A stretch of 64,000 nt of DNA from a virus. The stretch's first letter is position 1; every line of letters begins with the position of its first letter. Made by a program: the position numbers and the translations under genes. This document shows positions 55,850 through 64,000 of the stretch, one piece after another. The notes beneath the pieces were generated by a model. That model ran no database searches. It worked only from the letters and a program-made list of their open reading frames with translations, and had not been told where the DNA came from. The stretch covers positions 1 through 64,000 of the IMG/VR virus record IMGVR_UViG_3300017971_007886; one strand, written 5' to 3'.

Positions 55850-56221
55850 TTGATGCCATCCAACGCGGATAAGAAGAAGGCAGAGGAAGAGGCCAAGGCC
55901 AAAGCGGAGGCAGAAGCGAAGGCCAAGGCAGAAGCGGAGGCGAAAGCCAAAGCGGAAGCCGAAGCGAAAGCTGCCGAGGAAGCGAAGGCCAAGGCCGATG
56001 CCGAAGCCAAGGAGAAGGCCGACGCAGCCAGCGTGGCCGCCGTCAGTGAGGCCCCTGCGGTTCCCACGGGCGGCATGGCCAAGATGGTCAAGGTCAGGCC
56101 GAACAAAACCATGATGAGCTGTTCCATCGGCGGGAAACGGTACTCGTTCACAGCAGGAAAAGAGGACAAGGTACCGGAGAACGTCGCCCAGTTCTTGAAA
56201 GAACGGGGCATGTTGGACTAG
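55850..56221 (+). CDS. hypothetical virion protein with EAKAKA repeats
   Basis: AAGGAGG RBS; (AEAEAKAK)n. Confidence 0.55.
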   Translation: MMPSNADKKKAEEEAKAKAEAEAKAKAEAEAKAKAEAEAKAAEEAKAKADAEAKEKADAASVAAVSEAPAVPTGGMAKMVKVRPNKTMMSCSIGGKRYSFTAGKEDKVPENVAQFLKERGMLD

Positions 56222-56247
56222 CCCTTTGCTTGTGAGGTCGATGAGAG

Positions 56248-57699
56248 ATGAGCCGAACACTTGTTAGCAAACTGCGAAACCGTATCAAGGATGAGCGGTA
56301 CAAGATTTCGGCCTTCTCCATCGGCATCACGGACACGGGTGTCTCCAGTGCCATCATCGAGGTCAACCGATCTCGCTTCATTCTAACCATCACTGGAGGT
56401 ACCGCACCGAGTATCGACTTCGATCTCTCGGATGACCGGTACGAAACTGTAGGGCAACTGATCGCGGCCCTTCAGGCCATCGACGGGTACAACGTCGAGC
56501 CCAATGAGGACGCAGAGAACGATCACCTCAGTAGCGACCTCATGCCCATCCCCGCCTACGAGCTTGTGAACAAAGTGGCGGCGATGTTTCACCGCCTGTT
56601 CTCGGACGAGGAGTTGACCTCATTTCTGGCAGAGGCGGCGAAACGTCACAACCCAAACTACGATGTGCTGAGTGTCCCTCCTGAAGAGGAGATGTTGGTA
56701 CTCACACTCGCCCAGGCAGCGGTACTTCGCCATCAGGCCATTGACGCTGCCAAAAGGCGTGGACTCAGTGAGGACGTAGCGACGCTACTCAGTGTTGCCG
56801 ACTCACTGGAGACTGTCTACGAGAAGGACAGCGCACGCCTCCAACGTGTCATCCCTTCCCCCGTACTCTCTGCCGCCCAGCAGAACGTCATTCGGGAAGG
56901 TGATCTCGTCATGGGAACGCTGGTCAGGAAGAGCCCGAGGAACGGGTACATGACTCCTATGGCCGCTTCCCTCCCGCCCGATGCGGCGGTACTTCTCGAC
57001 CCCGCCCCCGGAGACATCGAGGACATCAATGCTCGAATCCGGTGGATGCGGAATACCGAACACGACTTCTACTCGTATGAGCTTTGGAGAGACACTAAGC
57101 CCAACGTCGAGCGGTCCCGGCAGTCGGTACTGTTCAATGATAGGAACATCGATCCCTCGGACCTCAGTACCAGCAAGTACGACAGGCCCACTACCTCCAA
57201 GCTCGTCTTTCGATCATTCGGCCCCAACTCCACTCGTGAGAATCGGGCCTTCTCTGCGTTCATCGAGTCCTTTGGACAGCTCGTCAATGCCGTCATTGAC
57301 CGAGACTACAAAGACGATTCGGAGAACGTAGGGCTAGAACCTGAGACGGAGTATTTCTACCGTCTCTATGTCGTCAACGTGAATGGTGATGCTGTTGCCT
57401 CCAATGTTCTGAGAATCAAAACCCTGCCCCTACGAGCCCGCTTTGCGGACACCGATCCGATCACTCCGGTCACTGGACCGGCAGGTACCTCGATCACCAT
57501 CAATGCAACGAACGTCGTAGCGAACTGCCGCGTCACCATTGGTGGGAAAGCTCTCTTGAACCCAGTAGTGACTCCTGGCGCTGTCGGTACCATCGTTGGC
57601 GACGTTCCCTCGTTCAACACCGTAGGCGCAAAGGATGTGGTCCTTGAATCGCCTACGGGATTATTCGATCTCAAGATTCAAGGGTTCACGGTCACTTAA
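56248..57699 (+). CDS. head-tail adaptor-like protein with FN3 and IPT/TIG domains
   Basis: GLEPETEYFYRLYVVN; ITPVTGPAGTSITI. Confidence 0.6.
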   Translation: MSRTLVSKLRNRIKDERYKISAFSIGITDTGVSSAIIEVNRSRFILTITGGTAPSIDFDLSDDRYETVGQLIAALQAIDGYNVEPNEDAENDHLSSDLMPIPAYELVNKVAAMFHRLFSDEELTSFLAEAAKRHNPNYDVLSVPPEEEMLVLTLAQAAVLRHQAIDAAKRRGLSEDVATLLSVADSLETVYEKDSARLQRVIPSPVLSAAQQNVIREGDLVMGTLVRKSPRNGYMTPMAASLPPDAAVLLDPAPGDIEDINARIRWMRNTEHDFYSYELWRDTKPNVERSRQSVLFNDRNIDPSDLSTSKYDRPTTSKLVFRSFGPNSTRENRAFSAFIESFGQLVNAVIDRDYKDDSENVGLEPETEYFYRLYVVNVNGDAVASNVLRIKTLPLRARFADTDPITPVTGPAGTSITINATNVVANCRVTIGGKALLNPVVTPGAVGTIVGDVPSFNTVGAKDVVLESPTGLFDLKIQGFTVT

Positions 57700-58172
57700 T
57701 GGGAAGAACACAGCTCAAGAAGAAGGATTGGGACGCGACCGCCCGCAGACTGACTGCGGCGTGTAACCGCGCCAAGTCCGTTCCCAAGAAAGTGGTTGTG
57801 GAGTTCGCAGAAGAGGTTGCGAAGGAGTGGCAGAAGCGTATCTACGGTCAACAGTTCAGACTGAAGAAGCTCACACGCGAGTACATGGACTGGAAGATCG
57901 CCTTTGGATATGACCGCCGCATCCTCATTCGTACTGGGAAGTATGTCGAGTCAGTCATAGTAAGGAGGACCAAGACCGGAGCGATGGTGGACCTGGACGC
58001 TCGCAAGAGAACGTTCAGTGGCGAGCCCTTGTGGAAACTGGCGCATTGGTTGGAGTACGGTACCAGTAAGATGGACCCAAGGCCCCACTGGCGGCCCTTG
58101 ATTCCCTGGGTACGTGTCGAGTGGCCAAGGCACTTCAAGAAAGAGGTGGACAGTCGTGTACGTGGCACTTGA
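57699..58172 (+). CDS. neck / tail-completion protein (HK97 gp10-like)
   Basis: LIRTGKY...LEYGTSKMDPRPHWRP. Confidence 0.7.
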   Translation: MGRTQLKKKDWDATARRLTAACNRAKSVPKKVVVEFAEEVAKEWQKRIYGQQFRLKKLTREYMDWKIAFGYDRRILIRTGKYVESVIVRRTKTGAMVDLDARKRTFSGEPLWKLAHWLEYGTSKMDPRPHWRPLIPWVRVEWPRHFKKEVDSRVRGT

Positions 58173-58983
58173 TAAAGCGATTCGAGATCGTCTCGAAGGG
58201 AACCCCCGCGACCGCATGGATAACCCTGTGGACCCGGTTGGCAACCCTGGCCTGCGGTACCCCATCTACAATCGCCAACAGTCGATCAAGGACAAGCAGT
58301 TCAACCCGTTCGGTGTGGTCCCCAACCAGTGGCGGCAGGTTCCCATCTTCAAGCGGTCCTCTTCTGGCGAAGATTGGGACGGCGTGTTCCCGTGCTGCAC
58401 GTACAAGATCATCGCGTTCAATCAGAACTCGGAAGTCTGGTTGCCTCCGGTCAGCAAGAACAAGATCAAGTGGAACGAGGGTACCCCCATTGAGATCAGA
58501 AACGCCCAGGGTGAGGTCATCAAGGTTGGCTATCCGACCAACGTGACACGACCACTGCCCGAGGGCTTCAATATCTTGGTCCAGATTGAGCTGCGGTCGA
58601 AGATCGAGTACGAGGCGATGTCGATGTTGCACAGCCTCTACAATGTCTTCCCGCAACGAGGATATTTGAAAGTGGCCCAAGCGGACGGCTCCCTCTACAC
58701 CTGTGACATGGAGATGATGGGAGACACCGAGGCCGCCGTGCCAGAAGTACCCGCTGTGGAAGGTGTGGCGTCACAGCAAGGAGACTTCCGAGAGCACGTC
58801 TACATCACAACGTACTTGGTGGAAGGATACCAGGACACGACATGGGCGTACTTGCAGGACCGGAGCGGTGTTCCGATCCAACAGGTTGACCTTGAAATGA
58901 CCTTTCCTGATATGCCTGAAGCTGATAATCTGACCACACTTGAAGGAGTGCTTGAGGTGATCGATCTCAAGAAACTCATGTAG
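58162..58983 (+). CDS. putative tail terminator
   Basis: Position before sheath; start uncertain. Confidence 0.5.
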   Translation: MALDKAIRDRLEGNPRDRMDNPVDPVGNPGLRYPIYNRQQSIKDKQFNPFGVVPNQWRQVPIFKRSSSGEDWDGVFPCCTYKIIAFNQNSEVWLPPVSKNKIKWNEGTPIEIRNAQGEVIKVGYPTNVTRPLPEGFNILVQIELRSKIEYEAMSMLHSLYNVFPQRGYLKVAQADGSLYTCDMEMMGDTEAAVPEVPAVEGVASQQGDFREHVYITTYLVEGYQDTTWAYLQDRSGVPIQQVDLEMTFPDMPEADNLTTLEGVLEVIDLKKLM

Positions 58984-58994
58984 AGAGGTGAGCA

Positions 58995-59375
58995 ATGACC
59001 ACTGGAACCATCGTAACAATCGTGAACCAGACCGGACGACCAGCGACCTTCAACCTGGCTCCAGTGTCAGATCAGTCTGTATCACTTCCGCCTCATGGGC
59101 GGATTGGTATTTTAGAAGAAGAGCTGGCGGCCTACGAGGTAGATGGGGCGATCAATTCGACCCCTCCTCGGCTGGCGGTAATCCGCCCGAAGCCGGTAGC
59201 TCAAGAGAGTGTAACCCCTGCCAAGACCATTCCGAAACAAGAGCCCGCATCAGAGACCCAACCAGAGGAACCAGCTCCCGTCGAGGAGCCTGCGACTGAC
59301 GAGCCGCAGGAGGATGCCCCTGAGAAGAAGCCGAAGTCGAGATTCAGTCGGAAATCGAAGCGGGCAAAACGGTAA
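58995..59375 (+). CDS. hypothetical protein
   Basis: GAGGT RBS. Confidence 0.5.
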   Translation: MTTGTIVTIVNQTGRPATFNLAPVSDQSVSLPPHGRIGILEEELAAYEVDGAINSTPPRLAVIRPKPVAQESVTPAKTIPKQEPASETQPEEPAPVEEPATDEPQEDAPEKKPKSRFSRKSKRAKR

Positions 59376-59402
59376 ACCTAGGTTTCTTTAAGGAGGATTC
59401 TC

Positions 59403-61775
59403 ATGCCAGAGTTCCTAAGCCCATCCATTCAGGTCGTCGAAGTACGGCAAGGGGTAACGGACGTTCAAGGTGTCTCTACGAGCACTGGCGGGTTTGAGGG
59501 GAAAGCCGAGAAAGGCCCCATCAACACCGCAACCCTTGTCACTTCAATCACTCAATTCCAAGAGGTGTTCGGTGGACCCCTCGCGGACTCGTACCTGTTC
59601 GAGCAGGTCGATGCGTTCTTCAAGAACGGTGGTTCACGTTGCTGGATCACTCGCGTTGCCCACTACACGGACATCACCAACGTCAGTACCCTCACGGCGG
59701 TCGCAGCGTCCAAGACCATCCAGAGTGCTGCCGGTGGAGCCACTGCGGGTGCCCACACGGGTACCGTCATGGCACCGTTCAACCTGGAACCAGGGGACAC
59801 CCTGACGGTTGACGTTGACGGAGGTGGGGCGGCGGCTGCCACTTTCGATGCGACTGCGGCTACCAAGGCCGGTTCGGGCGCGACCTATGCGGCCCTGACT
59901 GGCAAGACCCTCGTTGTTCAGATCGATGATGACGGTGACGACCAGACCATCACGTTCACTGGATCAGCGACCGATGCTGCTACCACTGCCGCCGAGATCA
60001 ATGACCAACTGCGAAAAGGCAAGGCCGAGGTCAACGGAGGTGAGATCGATCTCGTCTCCGACAAACGAGGTACTGGCTCGAAGGTGGACATCAAGAGCGG
60101 TACCGGTCTCGTGGAGATCGGACATACCGTGGGTGCCGCTGCTGGTACCGGCGACGTTGCCGACATCGACGCAGTGACCCACGCCGAGGCGAAGGCGGTC
60201 ATCGAGGGAGACATCCCTGGCTTGACCTATACTCCCGCCTCTGGTGCCGGGTACGCTACTCTCACCTCGGACACCACGGGGGCCAGTTCGTCCATCCAAG
60301 TATCTGCCGGGGCAGGACAGACCGCGTTCGGGTTCGATACCAGTCTTCACTCTGGTAGTGATACTGCATCACCAACGGACACGATCACTGTCACAGCGTC
60401 GAGCGAAGGGGCTTGGGGTAACAACGTCAAGTTCACCATCGTTCGAGACGATACCACGGTGACTTCATTGGCGACCTCGTTGGCTGCCGGGGCGGCCACG
60501 TCATGCCAGGTCAAGTCTGCCAACCAGTTCCGAGTGGGTGACTGGCTACAGATTGCCGATGGTACCAATGAGATCCGGGTGAAGGTCACGAACATCAATG
60601 GCAGTGAAGTTCAGTTCGCGTCCACTACGGTACCTGCGGGAGGTATCTCGGCAGGTACTTCGTATGTGATCCGTGAGCGGTTCTCGATTGCCGTCATTGA
60701 GAATGGCACCATCACCGCCTCGTTCTCGTACTTGGCGATCAGTTCGGATCAGAAGCGGGACTACTTCGTGTCTCGCATCAACAACACCGAGAACACCCCC
60801 ATCTTCGTGACGGACCTCGCGGCGGTAGTCCCCGATCCAAGACCGGCAGCCCAGGAGAACACACTGTTGTCTGGTGGTTCTGAGGGCGATGCCATCGCGG
60901 ACACCGACTATGTTGGTAGTGGGGCTTCCAAGACGGGCCTCTATGCGTTCGATCCCATCGACGCAGTGAACCTGGTCTCGATTCCGGGCGTCACCTCGGT
61001 CGCAGTTCAGAAGGCGATTCTGGACTACACGACCAACAGGATGGACTGCTTCGGTATCCTCACCCTGCCAGCCGGTCTGTCTCCCTCTCAGGCCCACACC
61101 TACGTCACCTCGACGGCGAACCTTGCTTCGTCGTATGCGGCGGCGTACTACCCGTGGGTCAAGCTGCTCAGTACCATCACTGGTACCGATGAGCTGACGC
61201 CTGTGGACGGGTTCGCCCAAGGTGCCTACGCTCGTACCGACCGAGTTCGGAACGTGGCCAAGGCCCCTGCGGGTATCGTCGATGGTCGGCTCAACGGTGT
61301 CACGGGTGTCGAGCGAGAGGTCGCAGAGGGCGAGTACGACATCCTGTACCCGGCCAACATCAACTGCGTCCTCAACATCCCTGGCAGTGGTATCTGCCTC
61401 TTCGGGTCGCGTACCTTGGAGACGGGCGAGTTCCGTCAAATCCCAGTACGTCGCTTGTTCATGTTCATCGAAGAGAGTTTGGCCGAGGCCAGCCGCTTCG
61501 TGTTGTTCGAGAACAACGACCCCGAGACTCGCGCAGCGGTTACCCGACTCTACAAAGGGTTCCTTCGTAACCTCCGGTTGTCGAAGATGCTCTACGGGAA
61601 GTCGGATGCCGAGGCGTTCTTTGTCATCTGCGACGAGCGCAACAACACCCAGACCGTCATCAACTCCGGGTTGATGAAGGCCCGCGTTGGTGTAGCCGTC
61701 AAGAAACCGACCGAGTTCTTGCTCATCGAGGTGATGCAGGATACCCGTGCCCTAGACGCTGAGTTGTCGGCCTAA
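59403..61775 (+). CDS. contractile tail sheath protein
   Basis: FLSPSI.V.E, FFKNGG, AYYPW, KAPAG, VRRL, LFENND, PTEF. Confidence 0.95.
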   Translation: MPEFLSPSIQVVEVRQGVTDVQGVSTSTGGFEGKAEKGPINTATLVTSITQFQEVFGGPLADSYLFEQVDAFFKNGGSRCWITRVAHYTDITNVSTLTAVAASKTIQSAAGGATAGAHTGTVMAPFNLEPGDTLTVDVDGGGAAAATFDATAATKAGSGATYAALTGKTLVVQIDDDGDDQTITFTGSATDAATTAAEINDQLRKGKAEVNGGEIDLVSDKRGTGSKVDIKSGTGLVEIGHTVGAAAGTGDVADIDAVTHAEAKAVIEGDIPGLTYTPASGAGYATLTSDTTGASSSIQVSAGAGQTAFGFDTSLHSGSDTASPTDTITVTASSEGAWGNNVKFTIVRDDTTVTSLATSLAAGAATSCQVKSANQFRVGDWLQIADGTNEIRVKVTNINGSEVQFASTTVPAGGISAGTSYVIRERFSIAVIENGTITASFSYLAISSDQKRDYFVSRINNTENTPIFVTDLAAVVPDPRPAAQENTLLSGGSEGDAIADTDYVGSGASKTGLYAFDPIDAVNLVSIPGVTSVAVQKAILDYTTNRMDCFGILTLPAGLSPSQAHTYVTSTANLASSYAAAYYPWVKLLSTITGTDELTPVDGFAQGAYARTDRVRNVAKAPAGIVDGRLNGVTGVEREVAEGEYDILYPANINCVLNIPGSGICLFGSRTLETGEFRQIPVRRLFMFIEESLAEASRFVLFENNDPETRAAVTRLYKGFLRNLRLSKMLYGKSDAEAFFVICDERNNTQTVINSGLMKARVGVAVKKPTEFLLIEVMQDTRALDAELSA

Positions 61776-61787
61776 AGGAGGAACCCA

Positions 61788-62261
61788 ATGGCAAGAGCGG
61801 TAAATGAAGATCCCTTGAAGGTGTACCGATTCGCAGTTGAAGAGTCGGGATTCAAACGCGCCGGGTTCCAGAAGGTTGCGGGACTCGAAGCTACCACCGA
61901 GGTCGCGGAGTACCGCGAAGGCGGTGACAACGAGACGGTGAAGAAGTCGGGAGGTCTCACCTCCTATGGCAACATCACCCTGTCCCGTGGTCAGATCATC
62001 GGAGGCAGCGAGGGTGGCGATGACGACCTGTACGACTGGATGAAGGACGTGCGGGACGTGACCACCCGAGGTCAGGCAGCCAACTACCGGCGAGACTTGG
62101 ACATCGTGCAGTACGACGCCACCTACGAAGAAGTTCGTCGGTGGTCGGTGTACGAGTGCTGGCCTGTCCGATTCAAGCCGTTCTCAGACCTGGATGCGCA
62201 GGCGAATGACAACTCCATCGAGGAGTTGGAACTTGCGCATGAGGGATTTGAGAAGGCATAG
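61788..62261 (+). CDS. tail tube protein (T4 gp19-like)
   Basis: DPLKVYRF, EYREGG, NITLSRG, WPVRF, IEELELAHEG. Confidence 0.92.
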   Translation: MARAVNEDPLKVYRFAVEESGFKRAGFQKVAGLEATTEVAEYREGGDNETVKKSGGLTSYGNITLSRGQIIGGSEGGDDDLYDWMKDVRDVTTRGQAANYRRDLDIVQYDATYEEVRRWSVYECWPVRFKPFSDLDAQANDNSIEELELAHEGFEKA

Positions 62262-62269
62262 TGAACCCC

Positions 62270-62334
62270 CTCTATCGTTTCGACGGTAGAGTAACCCCCT
62301 GGCACTTTCCTTCGTGGTCAGTGCCAGGGGTATT
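62270..62334 (+). terminator. double hairpin after tail tube gene
   Basis: CTCTATCG/CGGTAGAG and CCCCTGGCACT/AGTGCCAGGGG. Confidence 0.5.
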
Positions 62335-62354
62335 GCCCTAATGGAGACCCAGTT

Positions 62355-63107
62355 ATGCAAGAGACCCTTCCGTGTGGCTACTTCGATCCCGATGATGGCG
62401 TAACCGATGTGATCAAGACCGTTGAGATGGTCGAGATGACAGGGTACGAGGAAGACCTTCTCGGGAACAAAAGCAAACAGGCGAGCGGTATGGCTATCAA
62501 CGAGGTGCTGTCGAGGTGCCTCGTCTCGATTGGTGACATCGCCCCGCCCAAGGCCGGTCGTGGCAAGTTCTTCATGCCCCACCTGGACAAGATGTTGGTG
62601 GCAGACCGTACCTTCCTGATGATTCGTCTTCGCCAGTTGTCTCTTGGCGATATGTTCCACTTCGAGGCGGTGTGCCCAAACTGCAAGTACCGCCATCGTC
62701 GGGCCGGTATCGACCTGTCGGAGCTGGAACGAAAAGAGATGGAGGAGCCTACCAAGAGGGAATGGGATGTCGAGCTTCCGTCCAAGAAGATGGCGACGTT
62801 CCGAGCCCTCATTGGAAAGGATGAGCGCAAACTCTTGACGATCAAGAAGCAACGTAAGGAGGATCTGTTCTCCAGTCTTCTCATGCTCCGGTTGACGGAG
62901 TTGGACGGTGAGAAAGTAACGAGTATCGCGCAGATCAAAGGTCTGACTACCAAGGATCGGGACTTCCTGCGGGGGAGGTTCGACGATTCCGAAGGTGGGC
63001 TCGACACTCAGATCGAGATGACCTGTGAGGACTGCGGGTACGAGTGGCAGATGGCCCTGCCGATTGGAGAGTCGTCTTTTTTCTTCCCCTCGGGGATCAA
63101 CGCCTAG
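62355..63107 (+). CDS. tail assembly chaperone / T4 gp26-like baseplate assembly protein
   Basis: DRTFLMIRLRQLSLGD, CPNC, CEDCG, FFFP end. Confidence 0.75.
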   Translation: MQETLPCGYFDPDDGVTDVIKTVEMVEMTGYEEDLLGNKSKQASGMAINEVLSRCLVSIGDIAPPKAGRGKFFMPHLDKMLVADRTFLMIRLRQLSLGDMFHFEAVCPNCKYRHRRAGIDLSELERKEMEEPTKREWDVELPSKKMATFRALIGKDERKLLTIKKQRKEDLFSSLLMLRLTELDGEKVTSIAQIKGLTTKDRDFLRGRFDDSEGGLDTQIEMTCEDCGYEWQMALPIGESSFFFPSGINA

Positions 63108-63271
63108 TCGAGAATCACCTGGCCTTCTTTGCGGAGCATTGGGGGTGGACGGTGGACTCGATATTGGCGTTGCCCGTATCCCGAAGGCAACGTCTCATTG
63201 AGGTCAAACAGGAGGCATTGCAGAACGAGAGGGCGGAACTTGAAAGAGCGAAACGTCGCTCTGGGAGGTAG
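63077..63271 (+). CDS. -1 frameshift extension of tail chaperone
   Basis: In-frame slippery T-TTT-TTC at 63077-63083; -1 frame encodes HWGWTVDSILALPVSRR. Confidence 0.7.
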   Translation, partial: FFLPLGDQRLVENHLAFFAEHWGWTVDSILALPVSRRQRLIEVKQEALQNERAELERAKRRSGR

Positions 63272-63274
63272 TAA

Positions 63275-64000
63275 ATGGCCACTGGTCAAGTCAGCAGATT
63301 CGCCCTCGTGTTCGATGTGGATGGGAATTGGGAGACTGCGCTCGAACAACTCCCCAACCTGTTCAACAACGCCTCCAACGCCTCTGACCAGTTCGCTACA
63401 CGAGTAACTGACGCCTCCCAGCGGGCCTCTACCGCGATGGAGGCGTTCGGTCGTATGCAAGAGATAGGTACCGGGATGATGCGGGCCGGTGCCAGCTACT
63501 TCGGAGCCATGAAGAGTACCATGCTCGATGCGATGGGTACTCTCATGCCGATGGAAGCGACGATGACTCGCATCAAGAGTCTGACCAAGGCCAGTAAGGA
63601 CGCCACCCTAGACATCATCGAGAACGCACTGGTCCTTTCTGAGCGTACTCCGTTCGAGTCGCAGAGCGTTGTGGACCTCACCGCCGCCCTGGCCGTAGCC
63701 AAGGTAGAGCTGGGAGCCGTGAAGGACGCCGCCACAGGAATGGATGCGACCATTGCCTCCATGCAGAAGGCTGGATTCGCGAATGTCGGACAGGAGGCCC
63801 TGAACTTTGCGGGGGATATGAAGGTGACACGGGCATCTCTCTTGGCCGACTTGGCCACGATGTCAGGTGTTGCCCCCGACCGGATGCAGTTCTTCGTTCG
63901 GGGTATGCAGCGAGCCCTGATGACAGGAAACCTGCGTATGCTCGATGAAATCCCTCGCCCGTTCAGGAAGGAGATTTGGGAGACCCTAGGCAACACGGCG
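63275..64000 (+). CDS. tape measure protein (3'-truncated)
   Basis: GGAGGT RBS; open to window end; Ala/Met-rich helical sequence with TPFE motif. Confidence 0.85.
   Translation, partial: MATGQVSRFALVFDVDGNWETALEQLPNLFNNASNASDQFATRVTDASQRASTAMEAFGRMQEIGTGMMRAGASYFGAMKSTMLDAMGTLMPMEATMTRIKSLTKASKDATLDIIENALVLSERTPFESQSVVDLTAALAVAKVELGAVKDAATGMDATIASMQKAGFANVGQEALNFAGDMKVTRASLLADLATMSGVAPDRMQFFVRGMQRALMTGNLRMLDEIPRPFRKEIWETLGNTA

Noticed and set aside
59403-63271. Bacterial eCIS/tailocin locus
   Set aside because: The sheath and tube resemble eCIS parts but are contiguous with terminase, portal and capsid genes, so this is a phage tail.
2457-63996. Long minus-strand ORFs (e.g. 13747-14667, 34253-35329, 36260-37210, 60546-61439)
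   Set aside because: Antisense shadows of GC-rich + strand genes with no recognisable motifs.
1-64000. Stop-codon reassignment
   Set aside because: Core genes are full length under the standard code, and TAG, TGA and TAA all terminate conserved proteins at the expected places.
1-64000. Integrase, repressor or lysis genes
   Set aside because: None recognised in this window; lifestyle and host cannot be fixed from it.

Overview
A 64 kb segment of a large, GC-rich tailed dsDNA phage. The sheath and T4 gp19-like tube indicate a contractile tail (myovirus). All credible genes are on the + strand. (1) 0-17 kb is a replication/recombination module: an initiator with an internal iteron-like origin, DnaC-like loader, DnaB helicase, primase, Zn-rich SSB, PolA, Toprim nuclease, amino-MTase, RecA, ligase and a Cas4-like nuclease. 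(2) 17-25 kb holds accessory genes (SpoVS-like, resolvase, RyR, MazG) and queD-queE-folE. (3) 25.4-27.1 kb is a restricted-vocabulary repeat island around a histone-H1-like gene, followed by an apparent early/host-takeover region to 37 kb. (4) 37-49 kb is a packaging region: a TGT/DpdA-like domain fused to a Cys-rich possible small-terminase domain, a YkgJ-type protein, two divergent QueC paralogues flanking terL, two unannotated tandem Lys/Gly-rich peptides and an Acb2/Tad1-like protein. (5) 49-64 kb holds head, neck and tail genes, a -1 frameshift tail chaperone and the start of the tape measure gene. The best candidates for new biology are a 7-deazaguanine system embedded in the packaging module (possibly modifying protein as well as DNA), a chromatin-like protein set (H1-like, histone-tail-like peptides, acidic Rho-N/Tudor-like proteins), and the repeat island as a genome-end or first-injected segment. 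All calls come from reading motifs by eye; no database searches were run.
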